From: Eledone cirrhosa
Taxonomy: Eukaryota
Assembly (NCBI GenBank): GCA_964016885.1
Contig: OZ024741.1
Location: forward strand, 171,182,001-171,246,000
Direction: 5' to 3'
DNA length: 64,000 bases
Shown piece after piece: positions 41,263 through 55,462 of the stretch; within the stretch, counting starts at the first letter, position 1, and the number at the start of each line of letters is the position of its first letter. Below the pieces are notes generated by a model. That model did no database searches, was not told where the DNA came from, and worked only from the letters and a program-made list of their open reading frames with translations. The position numbers were made by a program, and so were the translations under genes.

Positions 41263-41415
41263 TTGTTAATGTTGTTGTTGTTGGCTGTTATCCGCTGCCG
41301 TTGTTTAATGTGTCAAATCTATTACAAAGAGGTTTTACGGGATAGAATGATTATGTTTTGTAACAGCTTTGATCTTTCTTGTAAATCACACACCAAGATA
41401 TATAAATTAGGATGG

Positions 41416-41500
<85 letters not shown>

Positions 41501-41501
<1 letters not shown>

Positions 41502-42186
41502 CTTAGCCTCAGCCTAAAGCTTCAATAATGCTGTACTAAAATTTGTATTTTAACTCCTATAATTAACTATTAATTGATTAAGTTAATTAGACAATTCTAT
41601 TGATTGATTAAGTGTTTATGTTTGTTTGATAACTTCTGGTTGAGTGCTTAATTCTGTTTGTCTAAGGGAATTTAATTCCTTTGTCTCAAATTTCGAATTC
41701 ACCGCCAAAACGGTGGTTACCTCCCTTTGAGAAAACCAGTTGTCGATAGCGAAATTTACTGCTAGAACACACTCGCTGAGGCAAGACTTGTTGATGAAGT
41801 AAATCCTTTGTTCTGTCGTCAAAGGCCATTAACTTGCAGACCCCTGCAAGCGGAATTAGTCGATCTCGGATTTCCAGAAACCTAGCGTGGATGTTGTATG
41901 TTATATGTGATGTATATCGTATGCTATACTATATGCGTTATGTGTTGCATTCGGTCTCCACGTGATGGTCCAGGTCAGTCAAAAATCTTTCCCTGAGTCC
42001 AGTCTTTTTTGTGGCTATGGCAATGCGGCTGGACTGCCGATCGTTATATTTGATTTGCAAAGCTGTCTAAACGTATTGTTATAACTCTGGGGTATTATTC
42101 TCCATCGAGTGCTAAAGCATAATTCCGAATCTGCATTCGTTAGCTTAGCCGCAGCCTAAAGCTTCGTTAATGCTGTACTAAAATTT
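41501..42186. mobile_element. TA-flanked non-coding element with 44-nt terminal direct repeat (period 642)
   Basis: GCTTAGCC(T/G)CAGCCTAAAGCTTC..TAATGCTGTACTAAAATTT at 41501 and 42143. Confidence 0.7.
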
Positions 42187-42229
42187 ATATATATATGTGT
42201 GTGTATATACACACACACACACACATATA

Positions 42230-42316
<87 letters not shown>

Positions 42317-42432
42317 ATATATATATATAGTAATAATAAATTTGAAAACTAAAATCCAAAGAGGGCTCGATAAGGATAAATATATATCAGATATATAAGA
42401 ACCGTAGAGCAAATAATCTATTATTTTAATAA

Positions 42433-42463
<31 letters not shown>

Positions 42464-42515
42464 CATATATATATATGTATATATACATATGTATATACAT
42501 ACATGCATACATATA

Positions 42516-42567
<52 letters not shown>

Positions 42568-42578
42568 CTATTATTTTA

Positions 42579-42622
<44 letters not shown>

Positions 42623-42672
42623 TAATAAAATAATGAATAAACAAAGAAACAGTTCCTTATATTAAAAACAAT

Positions 42673-42814
42673 TCATCATTTTACGATCGTTTCTAGGATA
42701 TATATGTGTTAGAGTTGGTATGCATATTCTATAGATCTATGTACAATATTTATACAAACTATCAGAGGGAATATACATACCTACACATATATATGCTGTC
42801 TTCAGAAATAATGA
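42673..42814 (-). ncRNA. Type I hammerhead with ~105-nt extended stem II
   Basis: TCATTATTT-CTGAAGA-C-AG-C-ATATATATGTGT...ACACATATATAT-C-CT-A-GAAA-CGATCG-TA-AAATGATGA; 9-bp stem I, palindromic loop 3. Confidence 0.75.
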
Positions 42815-43500
42815 TATTTGTTTATTGAAAAAAACAAAGATTTAATACAATAGGTCTGTTTGGGAACAGGTTTTGAATTGACTAATAGAGAGATAGTGAG
42901 GGTCAGGATAGTAATATAGTAGTAGAAGAACCTTAAATTATGGGTAGAGGAAGGTAGATTTCAGTTTTGGATGGAAAAGAATATTATGAATGAAGGATTA
43001 TTTTAGGGAAGAAATAGGTCTATGCTGACCTCAGAAATAATTTTATTTGTTCATTGAATAAAACCAACAAAGATCTAATATATTCTGTCTGTATGGTAAG
43101 AGGTTTAGAATTAACCAATAGAAAGTTAATAATTGGCCAAATGGTAAAATAGTAGTAATTGAAGCTTATTTTAGGGGTGAAAATAGATCAGGTGGTCAGT
43201 GAAAGGTATACAAGCAGGTGCTGTTATAAAATAGTAATGCCAATACAAATATCTAAGGTGACTAAAGTTTTAAGATAAGAATGTTAGTGAAAAAAATACA
43301 TCTATGAAAAGAATATAAATTAATTTAATTGATGGGTATAATTTATATTGATAAAATTATACTAATACATATAGATATGATAAATAAGAGTTAGATGCAG
43401 TTGAAAAGTGCTGTTAAAGATGAGGGGAAATTAAAAGAATACAAAAATAATATATATGTTATATATAACATCAATGATCTCAGAAAACAGGTGGGGTAGT

Positions 43501-43545
43501 TGGCCTTGATAAGCTTCAACCAAAGCGAAACAAGTCTTGTCGGCT
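43501..43545 (+). ncRNA. U3-A8 hammerhead core with weak stem I
   Basis: TTGATAA-GCTT-CAACCA-AAGC-GAAA-CAAG-TC. Confidence 0.45.
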
Positions 43546-43705
43546 TATCTCCCCTGTTTGCTGAGATCAAAGTGAGTGAATTTGTCACTACTTTAAAACA
43601 ATAGCTTACGGTCTTCAAAATGCTTTTAATTAAGCATAAAGTGTATTGCAAAATACATTATATATACATCCATATATATATTGCTATTTCAGAGCTCCAA
43701 TTCTA

Positions 43706-43808
<103 letters not shown>

Positions 43809-43899
43809 CATAGAGATATACATGCATATATACTATACACTTACATATACATATAATTATTGGGGGGGGGGGGGATTAAATTTATTGGTGAGAAATAGT

Positions 43900-44905
43900 A
43901 AATATATATAGTTTTCAAGGAACATAGAGTCATAACCTGAAGTTAAAACATTATATATGTTTACTTAATGGTATCAGTTTTAGGAAATGATATTTGTAAG
44001 AAGGAAAGCAAAATTATGTAGTTCATCAGTAGTAGAATATTAATTATAGGTTAACTGAATTAAAAATAGTTTATATATTAATTTCTAAAGTGTATATTAA
44101 TTAGGTTTATAATTTTTAAAGCAGAATTATGCAGTTCATCAGTAGTAGAATATTAATTATAGGTTAACTAAATTAAAATAATTTATAAATTAATTTCTAA
44201 AGTGTATATTAATTAGGTTTATAATATTTAAAGGTTTTTCTCAGTTTATGATTACACGATGTTATTAATTCCTGTCGCTTATTTAATAGGATATCCTGAG
44301 ATTTCATTATTTCAAAAAGTTCTTGGGAACATAATCTACATTCATTTCTACTATTTTGATAAGGGGTGGCCCTTTTGAGCACACTCCAGGTCAGGTCATA
44401 TTCTATATTCCTCTTTCTATAACTATTTATTATTTCAGCTAGAGATGTTGTATTAGCTAGTGCGGCATTTTTAAAACTATGTTTGTGGGTATTAAATCTT
44501 ACCTTAAATTTGTTAGAGGTAGCTCCTATATATGAATAAATTGAGTCCTTAGTGTTAACTTTACATTTATATACTATGTTATTAACAAGGCAATTTCCTT
44601 TTAATGGACAGTTTGCCTTGTTTCTACAGTTACAACTTTTCGTGAATCCTTTATCTGAGGAGATATTATGGTTAGTTTGATGTACTGGTGGTATACTCAT
44701 GGGTTTTTTACATTTATATGCATTATAGGCACTTATATTTTGTTTTATGTTTTGGTTGTTGAGTAGGAGAATTTAACCGTTGATCTATTTAAGATTTGAT
44801 GGTATTTGTGGTTTGGCGGGAAGTTTTTCTCTAGGATATTAAAGAATTTTTTAGGTATTTTATCCTTAATTTGTAAATTAAATGGAGCATTGTACCCAGT
44901 AACTC
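43900..44905 (-). mobile_element. PLE 3' fragment with GIY-YIG ORF (44209-44700) and a 113-nt tandem duplication of its 3' end
   Basis: WYNAPFN, CNCRNKANCPLKGNC..NIVYKC..SYIGAT..FKVRFNTH, CRLC, SCNH; CTGATGA on minus strand at 44023 and 44136. Confidence 0.88.
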
Positions 44906-44916
44906 AAGGATTTATC

Positions 44917-44962
<46 letters not shown>

Positions 44963-45147
44963 TGGTTGTTTGTGTGTAATGTGCTATTTATGGTGTAATA
45001 AGACAGGAATAGTTTTATTTTGGTCTATATTACGTCATTAATGTGGATATAAGTTGTAACGATGAAAGAATGGTATTTAGCTAATGTATTGGTACGCGAT
45101 GGGGACCACCCACAGCCCTGGCGGACAGAATGGAGAAGACGTTTCCC

Positions 45148-45215
<68 letters not shown>

Positions 45216-45840
45216 ACATTTACATATATTTATGTGTGTGTATGTGTGGATATATACGCGTGTCTCTGTGCTTTATATCGCTTCAGTGAATCTGTTTGTT
45301 TTTCTGTTTTTTTTCTGCATGGAAAGTACACTGCGCAATATGTCTAGTGTCTAGTAATGTCATTTTCTTTTGTTTATATATCTCACCTTATCTCTTCGAA
45401 TTTAGAACACAATGAGCCAAAACATATACCACAATGTACCAGGTTCGATGCCCTAATACTTTCACAACCCCACAGCCCAGGATTGGTATATCATTCAAGT
45501 CTCTGAAAGGAGGAACTGCAAATAAATCCCGGCCGGATTTGAACTCAAAGCGAAGAAATTGGGTACATATACCACGAGACACTTTGTCATTTTCTCTAAC
45601 AAAACCTGCCAATTCCAGCCCTCTATTTTCCAGCCAGGCCGTTCTTCACTATATGGTGATATATCTTAGCTCTATTGATTAGCATTATGCTGGTCAGTTC
45701 CAAATATATTCAGGAATATCTTAAGCTTTGTATCTGCGCTCTTCAATTCGCCATCAGTTAACCGCTATCGTATTTCATTACAGTTTCGCACGATATATAT
45801 ATATTTTCACTAGCCCTGAGAGTTGGCAGGTAAGCAGTAT

Positions 45841-45880
45841 ACTCTACTGATGAAGGGTAATCACCCAGAAATATTAGTGT
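45841..45880 (+). ncRNA. Degenerate hammerhead (loop 3 shortened)
   Basis: ACTCTA-CTGATGA-A-GGGT-AATC-ACCC-A-GAAA-TAT-TAGTGT. Confidence 0.5.
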
Positions 45881-46039
45881 CTGCAGTTCTGTTTACATGC
45901 CAATACAAGAACAAGAGTATGGAGGTCATTCTACTGACATGGTTTAAAAAGAGGCATTTTGCATTATTGCAAACGAATAAAATATTATGATTAATATTAG
46001 AAAAACTCAGATTACATTTATATATATATATATATATGT

Positions 46040-46116
<77 letters not shown>

Positions 46117-46411
46117 CGCGCGTGTGTGTGTGTGGGTGTGTGTATGTATACACAGATAGATATAATGTTAAATGAAGAGAGGTTGCCATTCACTAATATA
46201 TTTAAGGTCAAAATGTTCATATCATTATAGATAGAATTACAAAAGTGATGACATTGAAGAGCAGAAAAAAGAAAACATATATAACTGAGCATACAAAATA
46301 TTCAGATGATAGGTAAAAGTTCTTAAAATATTTAATGGTTTACAACTGTTTCAGTACATCACTCAAGAAAACACAATGTCAAGATAAAGATAATAAAGAA
46401 ATAAAAAGAAA

Positions 46412-46460
<49 letters not shown>

Positions 46461-46464
<4 letters not shown>

Positions 46465-47172
46465 TAGTATATCTACCAACATATGTATACAGATGTATAC
46501 CCATGCTAGCAAATATATATGTTATGTCTTAGTACCTTTGTGGTTCTATGCAGGGGGATGCAGAACAATTATATGAAAGACGTAAAATAAGAAAATTTTA
46601 AAAATTAAGAATCAACTTACTTACTAAAATTTTCACTCCAACTAATTAGTTTCTGTAAGGGAATAAATATAGTTACGTAATGTAACTATAGAGAAGTCCT
46701 TACGTCATCAGGGAGTCTATTCTCAGCTAAGTTCCCAGGCAATGCGCGGACACTACGAACCCATATAAAAATAATAATTCAGTGGATGGAATAAAGCTAG
46801 CGGGGACTAAATTCCAGAGTACTGAAAAAATTCACTGCCTACTTGGTCAGTGGCAAATTCTAGAGAATCAATCACGTGACACTGTGGTTAATCAGTGAGG
46901 AGTGGGGTGGTATTATGACAAGAGCCTAACTACTACCATGAACCATAGCAGTAAATTTTGGCCAGTTTCGCTCCACAAATAATTTGGAGATAAATATAGA
47001 GAATTAGTATATCTACCAACATATGTATACAGATGTATACCCATGCTAGCAAATATATATGTTATGTCTTAGTACCTTTGTGGTTCTATGCAGGGGGATG
47101 CAGAACAATTATATGAAAGACGTAAAATAAGAAAATTTTAAAAATTAAAAATCAACTCACTTACTAAAATTT
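46461..47172 (-). mobile_element. Non-coding hammerhead repeat family B, ~1.3 units (period 540), TA-flanked
   Basis: GAATTAGTATATCTACC at 46461 and 47001; homologous to 58560-59768. Confidence 0.85.
46635..46716 (-). ncRNA. Type I hammerhead (family B)
   Basis: ACTCC-CTGATGA-C-GTAAGG..TATAGTTAC-ATTAC-GTAACTATA..CCTTAC-A-GAAA-CTAATTAG-TT-GGAGT. Confidence 0.85.
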
Positions 47173-47189
47173 TAAACAAATTCAAAAAT

Positions 47190-47226
<37 letters not shown>

Positions 47227-47245
47227 ATATATATGTGTGTGTGTT

Positions 47246-47277
<32 letters not shown>

Positions 47278-47296
47278 TAGATAGATAGATAGATAT

Positions 47297-47347
<51 letters not shown>

Positions 47348-47451
47348 TAGATATTGATAAATAGATAGATGTGTGTTGTATTATCCATCTATCTAGGGCG
47401 GGAAAAATTCCCGAGATCCATGGACAAGTTCTCTCCAGCGGTCACTGTTCT

Positions 47452-47742
47452 TTGTTGAATTAATGATATTAAATAAAATTCGAAGATAGGGTCTTAATTA
47501 GTTCATTGTCTTACATAGTTTTAATCATGGTAAATCGATATATCGACTAATAGGCAGTGGTTATGTAACCACCTTCATTCTTGTCCTGATATCCTAGTTC
47601 CATCTAACCGTCATCCTCTTGTGTCCGACATAACCATCACAATATTGAGTTACCATGAATAAACAACCCTCTGAATCGATCGGAAGACAATGAATTAATT
47701 AAGTACCTATCTTCAACTTTTGTTTATTTTCATTGTTCAATA
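47452..47742. repeat. Diverged fold-back
   Basis: GAAGATAGGGTCTTAATTAGTTCATTGTCTT (47482-47512) vs AAGACAATGAATTAATTAAGTACCTATCTTC (47684-47714). Confidence 0.7.
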
Positions 47743-48034
47743 CACACACATAGAATTCATATATATATATATATATATATATGTCGAACATGTCGAACAA
47801 GAAGCTGTCAGCCAGAGTTATTAAACAAACAGAATAATTAATCATACAATGGAATCATCTAATTAAATCAATTAATTAATTATTAGATCTAGGATAGAAT
47901 AATACGATTGGAAGGTTTGTAAAATCGAAGCTGTGACGGTCGGCCAACATCCGTGAAAGAACACATTTCGGAGTTTTCCTGAAGGACTCAATAAGAATGT
48001 ATCGATAAATCGATAGGTTTCACGTTAGTGTCAG

Positions 48035-48113
<79 letters not shown>

Positions 48114-48116
48114 CAT

Positions 48117-48166
<50 letters not shown>

Positions 48167-48208
48167 TTAAAGTTGGAATTCCTTTTATTAATATATATAT
48201 ATATATAT

Positions 48209-49018
48209 ATATATTGGTAAAAGGAAAAGAAAATGCTGACAAATTGTTCCCAGTGAAAAATAGTTTAATTAGGAATAAGTAAAAATTAGTAATAAGTATT
48301 GGTTAGTATTCAGTTTTACTTTGACCCCGTCTAAAACTTCCCCCTAAGACGAACCTACAACATACACATGTCAACATACATACCTACATCAGCATACATC
48401 CTACATACATCTCTATCCACATATAAACACAATGACATACGTAAACACACATGTTCTATGGTGCAACACAAATATACACAAATTTGCATACCTTTTGATG
48501 TCTATAGATATAAACGTGCCGACACACACACATACATATACGCACACATGTATTGCACATTGATGGGCATATACATATTTGTACACAAGTATTTCAATAC
48601 GGCAGGGCCTAATGGATTCCCCTTGCAGTGCGTACAATCTGGACATTCACACACACATTGGTGTTATGACAATACTATATATCATTTCACACCTTTTATT
48701 ATTAAGGTTTTTGATGTTCTCTTGAGAGAATCGTTTTTGCTGAAAATATCGAATAATGTACACCATTTTTACAAGTATCACAAAAATACTAGTCCCCCCC
48801 CCACACACACACATACACACATATACACACATACACACATATACACACACACACATACACACGCGTACACTAACATAAAAGAGACATACACACACATACA
48901 CACACACACTTCTCCGTATAAGACAAGAGCTGAAAAATATCTTTCAACATGTTAAAATATCCCCACACACGTACACACACATTCCTACTAACCGATGCCT
49001 CTACCACGAATTACTCTG

Positions 49019-49066
<48 letters not shown>

Positions 49067-49650
49067 AGACACACACACATTTGTCTTAATAGGCCCTGAA
49101 CTGTTGACCTTTCAACATGACGGCAATTCACACACACATCCCTACTGACCATTATCACAATGAAGTTCTTTACTACACACACACACACATATTTGTCTTA
49201 AAAGACTTATTTTTCAGTGACTTCTCAATCAGGCGAAAAAGGATACTCTTCGACAAACCTACATTTGGCGCAAAATCATTTTTTAACATTCACGTGACCT
49301 CTACCGACCAATCAAAATTGTTTTAACCGCAAGAATTTTTACAACACGAATTGACGCGAAACTTATTTTAATACCTCTGGAGCCACTTTTTTCACATAAA
49401 ACAGGTAGAATTTCCAAAACTGATCAGATTAGAGCAAACATCACGGGCGCTCTATCTCAAAATTATTTTTGAAAAGCATTAGAAATGCGCAACCGGTAAA
49501 AGCTTAAAACTAAAACTGAATACTAACCAATACTTATTACTAATTTTTACTTATTCCTAATTAAACTATTTTTCTCTGGGAACAATTTGTCAGCATTTTC
49601 TTTTCCTTTTACCAATATATCACAACTCGTGTGTTACACCTCTATTCTTT

Positions 49651-49655
<5 letters not shown>
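48209..49655 (+). mobile_element. TA-flanked element with ~110-nt inverted ends (48209-48318 / 49511-49620) and a mutated U3-A8 hammerhead (49466-49501)
   Basis: Near-perfect inverted arms; TTT-TTGAAAA-GCATT-AGA-AATGC-GCAA-CCGG-TA-AAA, related to 61811-61848. Confidence 0.75.
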
Positions 49656-49714
<59 letters not shown>

Positions 49715-49720
<6 letters not shown>

Positions 49721-50098
49721 TAAAAGGAATTCCAACTTTGTCTGATTTACTCGTTTTATTTACAATCCTTTAAAATTTATAATCGTATTATAATGAAATA
49801 GTATGATAGAATATTAAATTGTAAGTGTTAATTGAACAAGTACTTTCATGCTTTCGCAATCTTCAGCTTTATATTCTGTTGTGACAGTCAAGCTTGCAAT
49901 TTTCCACTGTTGAAAATTGCAAACTTGACTGTCACCACAGAATGTGAACCTGAAGATTGCGAAAGCATGAAAGTACTTGTTCAATTAACACTTAACATTT
50001 AATATTCTACCATAATATTTCATTCTAATACCATTATAAATTTTAAAGGATTGTAAATAAAACGAGTAAATCAGACAAAGTTGGAATTCCTTTTATTA

Positions 50099-50101
<3 letters not shown>
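49715..50101. repeat. TA-flanked fold-back (~190-nt arms, centre ~49908) with mirror hammerheads
   Basis: TAAAAGGAATTCCAACTTTGTCTGATTTACTCG / CGAGTAAATCAGACAAAGTTGGAATTCCTTTTA. Confidence 0.9.
49945..49983 (+). ncRNA. Minimal type I hammerhead
   Basis: TGAAC-CTGAAGA-T-TGC-GAAA-GCA-T-GAAA-GTAC-TT-GTTCA; mirror at 49833-49871 has a damaged stem I. Confidence 0.82.
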
Positions 50102-50182
<81 letters not shown>

Positions 50183-50191
50183 ATATATATT

Positions 50192-50728
50192 ATAAAATTA
50201 GTAAACGGAGTAAAAACTCACATTAATGCCCTATAAATTTAGGAGCTCAAGGAAAATATATTCCGGGATATTTATAAATCAACATATAGAGAAAAGTACA
50301 CATAGAGTGTATTTCTCTCAAATAAGAGTATATTTCGCTATAATAAGTAAACATTCCATATTGTAGATGTAGCTCATCCGTAGGTACCTAGCAATACGAT
50401 CAACACTTCTAAAAAATATATCGGATAACTAAGAACACAGGCATGATATAAAGGAAAGACATGCGCGTTTTATAGCCCATGGTGGTAAATAGACGAAAAG
50501 ACCGCTAAAAATAGCAGCTCAGAACCATTCAAATTTAAAAGCTCTACTTACATATAGAAATGAAACCGATGGCAACATTTCAAATTAAAAATAGGGGTAA
50601 AAACTAACATTAATCACCTTTAATTTAGGGAGTTCAAGAATATATATACCGGGCTTTTATAAAGCAACATGAGCTATAAAACGCACATGTCTTTTTCCTT
50701 TACATCACACGTTTTTTTCTTAGTTATC
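50192..50728 (-). repeat. Old tandem (period ~390) plus inverted repeat with degenerate hammerhead
   Basis: GTAAAAACT(C/A)ACATTAAT at ~50210 and ~50597; 50424-50481 inverted at 50668-50728; minus strand CGGATGA-GCTA..TAGC-GAAA. Confidence 0.55.
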
Positions 50729-51120
50729 TCTCTATTAAGAGGATGTCTGTCTGTGTAAATCCCTAAAACCCGAGAAGTACCCGACCGATTGTTTTCAAAC
50801 TTTACACATGCGTTACTTATATTTCTTGAAGTGCACTGGGCTAAAGTAATTTTAACTTTATCTGCCCTAGGCGAAGAACCACATTTTTTAGGCTTATTTT
50901 AGGCTTTTTTGAGGCGCAACTTAAAGATAATCCAGCCGATGTCCTCGAAATTTGCAGCACACATTAGTCCCCTCGCATTGTTGTAGACAAAACAATTTCC
51001 GATTCCGTTAAGGGTTTGTAGGAAATTTACGAATTAGCATTGAGCATTACATGCCATTTTCATTTTCAATATAAACGTTTCTTATGTGATATTATACTCT
51101 GCTCTGTAAGTAACGTATAA
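50727..51120 (+). mobile_element. Probable 5' part of a non-autonomous Helitron-like element
   Basis: TCTCTCTATTAAGAGGATGTCTGTCTGT..ACCGATT..TTCAAACTTTACAC resembles 5' ends of invertebrate non-autonomous Helitrons; 3' end not found. Confidence 0.4.
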
Positions 51121-51917
51121 TATTTCGTTTAGAATTTGTTTTTTTTAACAGAGGACACAACACTTACTTACTTTTAAGCAGGACCATTTTCGGGGATTGA
51201 GGAAACGAGGAGGACCTTAACATTTTCGTCGGTGCCCTGCTGACGATTCGTGCTTTCATCACGCTCAAATCCAGGCCCTGTGTACGCTGTCGTGTTATTG
51301 ACACCGTAAAACACACGTCTGTGTTACTTCTACTAAGATCCCTTTTGTTGCACCTACACCGCAGTATGAACGCCCTGCACAAGTACGCCGAACAGTAGTG
51401 AACCTTTGTTGCTGTGTAAACGCAGTGCAACCAGTGCCGCCCAGCGTTTGTGCTATTTGCACTATGGGCCCCTTCTGCTGCAGCTGCATTGCCACGCTGA
51501 TTTCGTCATCTCATTATCCCTACTTGGTTTTCACACAATTGATTATTTTCACACAAATAATTTTTTAAGAGGTGTTTTTTACGCATTTTTTTAAAATGTT
51601 TTTTAAAATGTTATTCCAAAGGTTTTTTCAAGGGTCTTTTTTTAAGTTTTTTTTTTAAAGGGGTTTTTTAAGTGTTTTTAAGTGTCTTTAAATAGTTTCT
51701 GCGAATTTACTACGTATTCATTGTACGCTTCAGTATGCACTGCATCTGTACGCCTCTGTGTGTGTGTTTGTATATGTATCTGTCTGTGTATAATTTTTAC
51801 TGATATAGGCATCTCTCCAAGTATATGTACAGACATGTTTTCCTAAGTTTTTTACAAATTTTTCCCATGTACTCGCTGGACATTTAATATTTACTGTGAT
51901 TTTCGTATATATTACAG

Positions 51918-52094
51918 TTGCAGGTGTGTGTATGATCGTGTGTGTATACGATCCTCTATGTATTGCGCTTGCGCTCACCAGGGATACGTGTGGGGTGTGC
52001 CCAGACCAAGACTGCTGTGGCAGTAGGCAGGCAACCCCATACAACCCCATACTTCCTACAGCAGTAATTTCGGTAAAAGGACCAACTTTGATTG
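51918..52094 (+). CDS. Candidate isolated Cys-rich exon (possible PAN/apple-like module)
   Basis: CMIVCVYDPLCIALALTRDTCGVCPDQDCC; acceptor ATTACAG (or TTGCAG), donor G|GCAAGT, phase 1-1. Confidence 0.3.
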
Positions 52095-52480
52095 GCAAGT
52101 GACATATGAATGGAATGAGAAAAATGGACGGCCATGAATGGTCAGAAACACCGATGACGTGTACAATTCTTGACCACTCATCGACCGACATGAACAGGGT
52201 AGATGCTGACGAACGAAGGCAGGCGGGATAAACAGGACATTTCAAAATTCTGCTTCGCGGGATAAAGGCGTATCTGAAGAACTTGCGATTTCAGAGTCAG
52301 GTTCGATCCTCGCATCGATCGTACCTCGAGCTAGTCGCTAGAGAAACGATTGTAATATGTCTAATAAATTCTAATTCGTCGCACCATTGATTCTCCGTTT
52401 CTTATGTGATAGTATACTCTGCTCTATAAGAGCATCGAGTGTTCAAACAGCCTACCGCATACGAACGCTTTTAAGCATCC

Positions 52481-52558
<78 letters not shown>

Positions 52559-52561
<3 letters not shown>

Positions 52562-53580
52562 ATATTTCCGAAAGCGAACGAACGAAACCCTAAGGGTAGA
52601 AACGTAATGCTGGTATGTGTATATGCATTTTTTCTTCTAACTTTAATTTTATACTTAATTATGTATGGTTGATGGTGGTATATTTAATCGATTTCCACGT
52701 GCTATTGAAATGTTGGGTAAATATTCTATAGCGGTTGACCGCGGATAGATGGCTGTCGTTTAATTATCCACTACTTCTTCATAGGCGCCTTTTAATCTTA
52801 TAGCCTGGTTTAATTGTTTTTGTTTTTTTTTGTGTGGTTGATTATTCTAATTGGGAGAGAAAATGGTGTATATATATTATCTAATGGTTCTATGGACATA
52901 CTTTATAGTATATTGCTCTGATTATTTAATTTATTAATTCATCATTGAGCCACATCGTGAATGGTTGCCAAAACATATATATATCTATGACTTTGTCTAG
53001 TTTGTGTATATGTAAATTTTTATATTTGATAATCTCCCATAAGGATGAGATGCAATTTGGGCAATATTGGGCTGCGCTTTCTAGCAACCAGCCCACTCGG
53101 CGTAGGCATCAATCACATTCTTTCTGACTTGACCACTGCCACATCACAGTTCTTAGCCATTTTGAATTCCATTCTGGCGGGGATCATTTAGGAAAATTCT
53201 TTGTCCAAGTGAGTTTGTTTCATGATCAGTTCGAAGCTCGAGAATTTATCCTTGATAGGATATTTCCGAAAGCGAACGAAACCCTAAGGGTAGAAACGTA
53301 ATGCTGGTATGTGTATATGCATTTTTTCTTCTAACTTTAATTTTATACCTAATTGACGGTATATTTAATCGATTTCCACGTGCTATTGAAATGCTGGGTA
53401 AATAGTCTATAGCGGTTGACCGCGACTAGATGGCTGTCGTTTATTTATCCACTATTTCTTCATAGGTGCCTTTTAATCTTATAACCTGGTTTAATTGTTT
53501 TTTTGTGTGGTTGATTATGCTAATTGGGAGAGGAAATGGTGTATATATATTATCAAATGATTCTATGGACATACTTTATA

Positions 53581-53583
<3 letters not shown>
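52559..53583 (+). mobile_element. TA-flanked non-coding element, ~1.5 units (period ~698)
   Basis: 52559-52912 repeated at 53257-53583; weak hammerhead-like motif at 53247-53292; another copy at 13224-13502. Confidence 0.75.
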
Positions 53584-53643
<60 letters not shown>

Positions 53644-53764
53644 GTGGGATGCTTAAAAGCGTCTATATGCGGTAGGCTGTTTGAATATATATATATATAT
53701 ATATATACGGCTGCGTCTATATTTCCCCTCTATGTATATATATAGGTGCGGCGTGTTTATGGAT

Positions 53765-53819
<55 letters not shown>

Positions 53820-53829
53820 TACATGAGGT

Positions 53830-54430
53830 TTGCAGCGTCTTGACAGATGATCGCCGTCTCTTATTTCTTCATTGTCATCATTTCTGCGTCCATGGCGGTG
53901 TAGATTACTTACTAGACCAGTTGCAGATCTGCATGGTTTATAACACAGGTGAGAAAAGAGAGATGTGCATTCCACAGGAATGGTGTGGTCATTTTGTGGG
54001 ATACAATTCTTTGTCTTTGATGGTCGGGCCATGTATCAAGGATGGAAGATGCAGAGTTACCAGGTCAAGTCTTATTCAGCGAGCTCACAGTAGGGAAAAG
54101 ACCACGGTGTTAGTATCTTCGAAGATAAAAGAACCAACACAAAATAAGACTGTGAGCCATTAGACTTGAGCCTAAATCGTTTGAAACATGAGCCTGAGAC
54201 TGTACTAACATCGGAATAATAAATTTCGAAGCCACCAAAAGATAAAAGAAAGAAATCAAACAAGAAAGAAAGGCTCACCAAAATCAACCTCATTTCCCCC
54301 CCAATATTTGCATGTAGTCAGTGCCATCGACTCTTCGATGCAAGGATTAGTCTACTTAGTCAACAACGCCATGACCATTATGGAAACGATCAGCAAAGAA
54401 GATATTAATTGCCGGATACGAGATAAGGCC
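53830..54430 (-). mobile_element. Probable 3' relic of an RTE-type LINE
   Basis: YCELAE (cf. LYGEL) and terminal degenerate C2H2 finger LCYKPCRSATGLVSNLHRH. Confidence 0.5.
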
Positions 54431-54435
54431 GACGA

Positions 54436-54564
<129 letters not shown>

Positions 54565-54582
54565 ACTATGTATGTATGTATG

Positions 54583-54644
<62 letters not shown>

Positions 54645-54662
54645 CATACATACATACATAGT

Positions 54663-54730
<68 letters not shown>

Positions 54731-54744
54731 TATGTAACTATGTA

Positions 54745-55462
54745 TGTATGTATACGTACATACATATACGCATACAGACGTACAGTAGTATGTATATATA
54801 TACACACATGCACACATACATATATGCACGTATCGGTTTACCGAACATTTATTATAATGCTCGGTTTGTTGGTTTTTAAAGAAACAAACAGCCCAAATTA
54901 CGCCGTACAGTGTTTAGGCAACCACGTCACCTTTTTGTTCAACACTGACACAGGAACGATGTACTAGTTTCAAGCTTATTAGCTATCGTCAGCATCGTAT
55001 ACCTTCCTGCCAGATGGTTGAACGTCTGAAAGTATATACTTTCCTTACGTACATTAACGGCTGAGCAGTCCAATTTGCATATCGAGTGAGTTCATAAGGA
55101 AAGTATATACTTTCAGACGTTCAACCATCTGGCAGGAAGGTATACGATGCTGACGATAGCTAATAAGCTTGAAACTAGTGCATCGTTCCTGTGTCAGTGT
55201 TGAACAAAAAGGTGACGTGGTTGCCTAAACACTGTACGGCGTAATTCGGGCGGTTTGTTTCTTTGTTTACAAACAAACAAACCGAGCATTATAATAAATG
55301 TTCGGTAAACCGATACGTGCATATATGTATGTGTGCATGTGTGTATATATACATACTACTGTGCGTCTGTATACGTATATGTGTGTACGTATACATACAT
55401 ACTTACATTTAAGTAAGTGCCGTACTAAGAGTGAGAAATGAAATTTCGTTTCATTCTATTCC

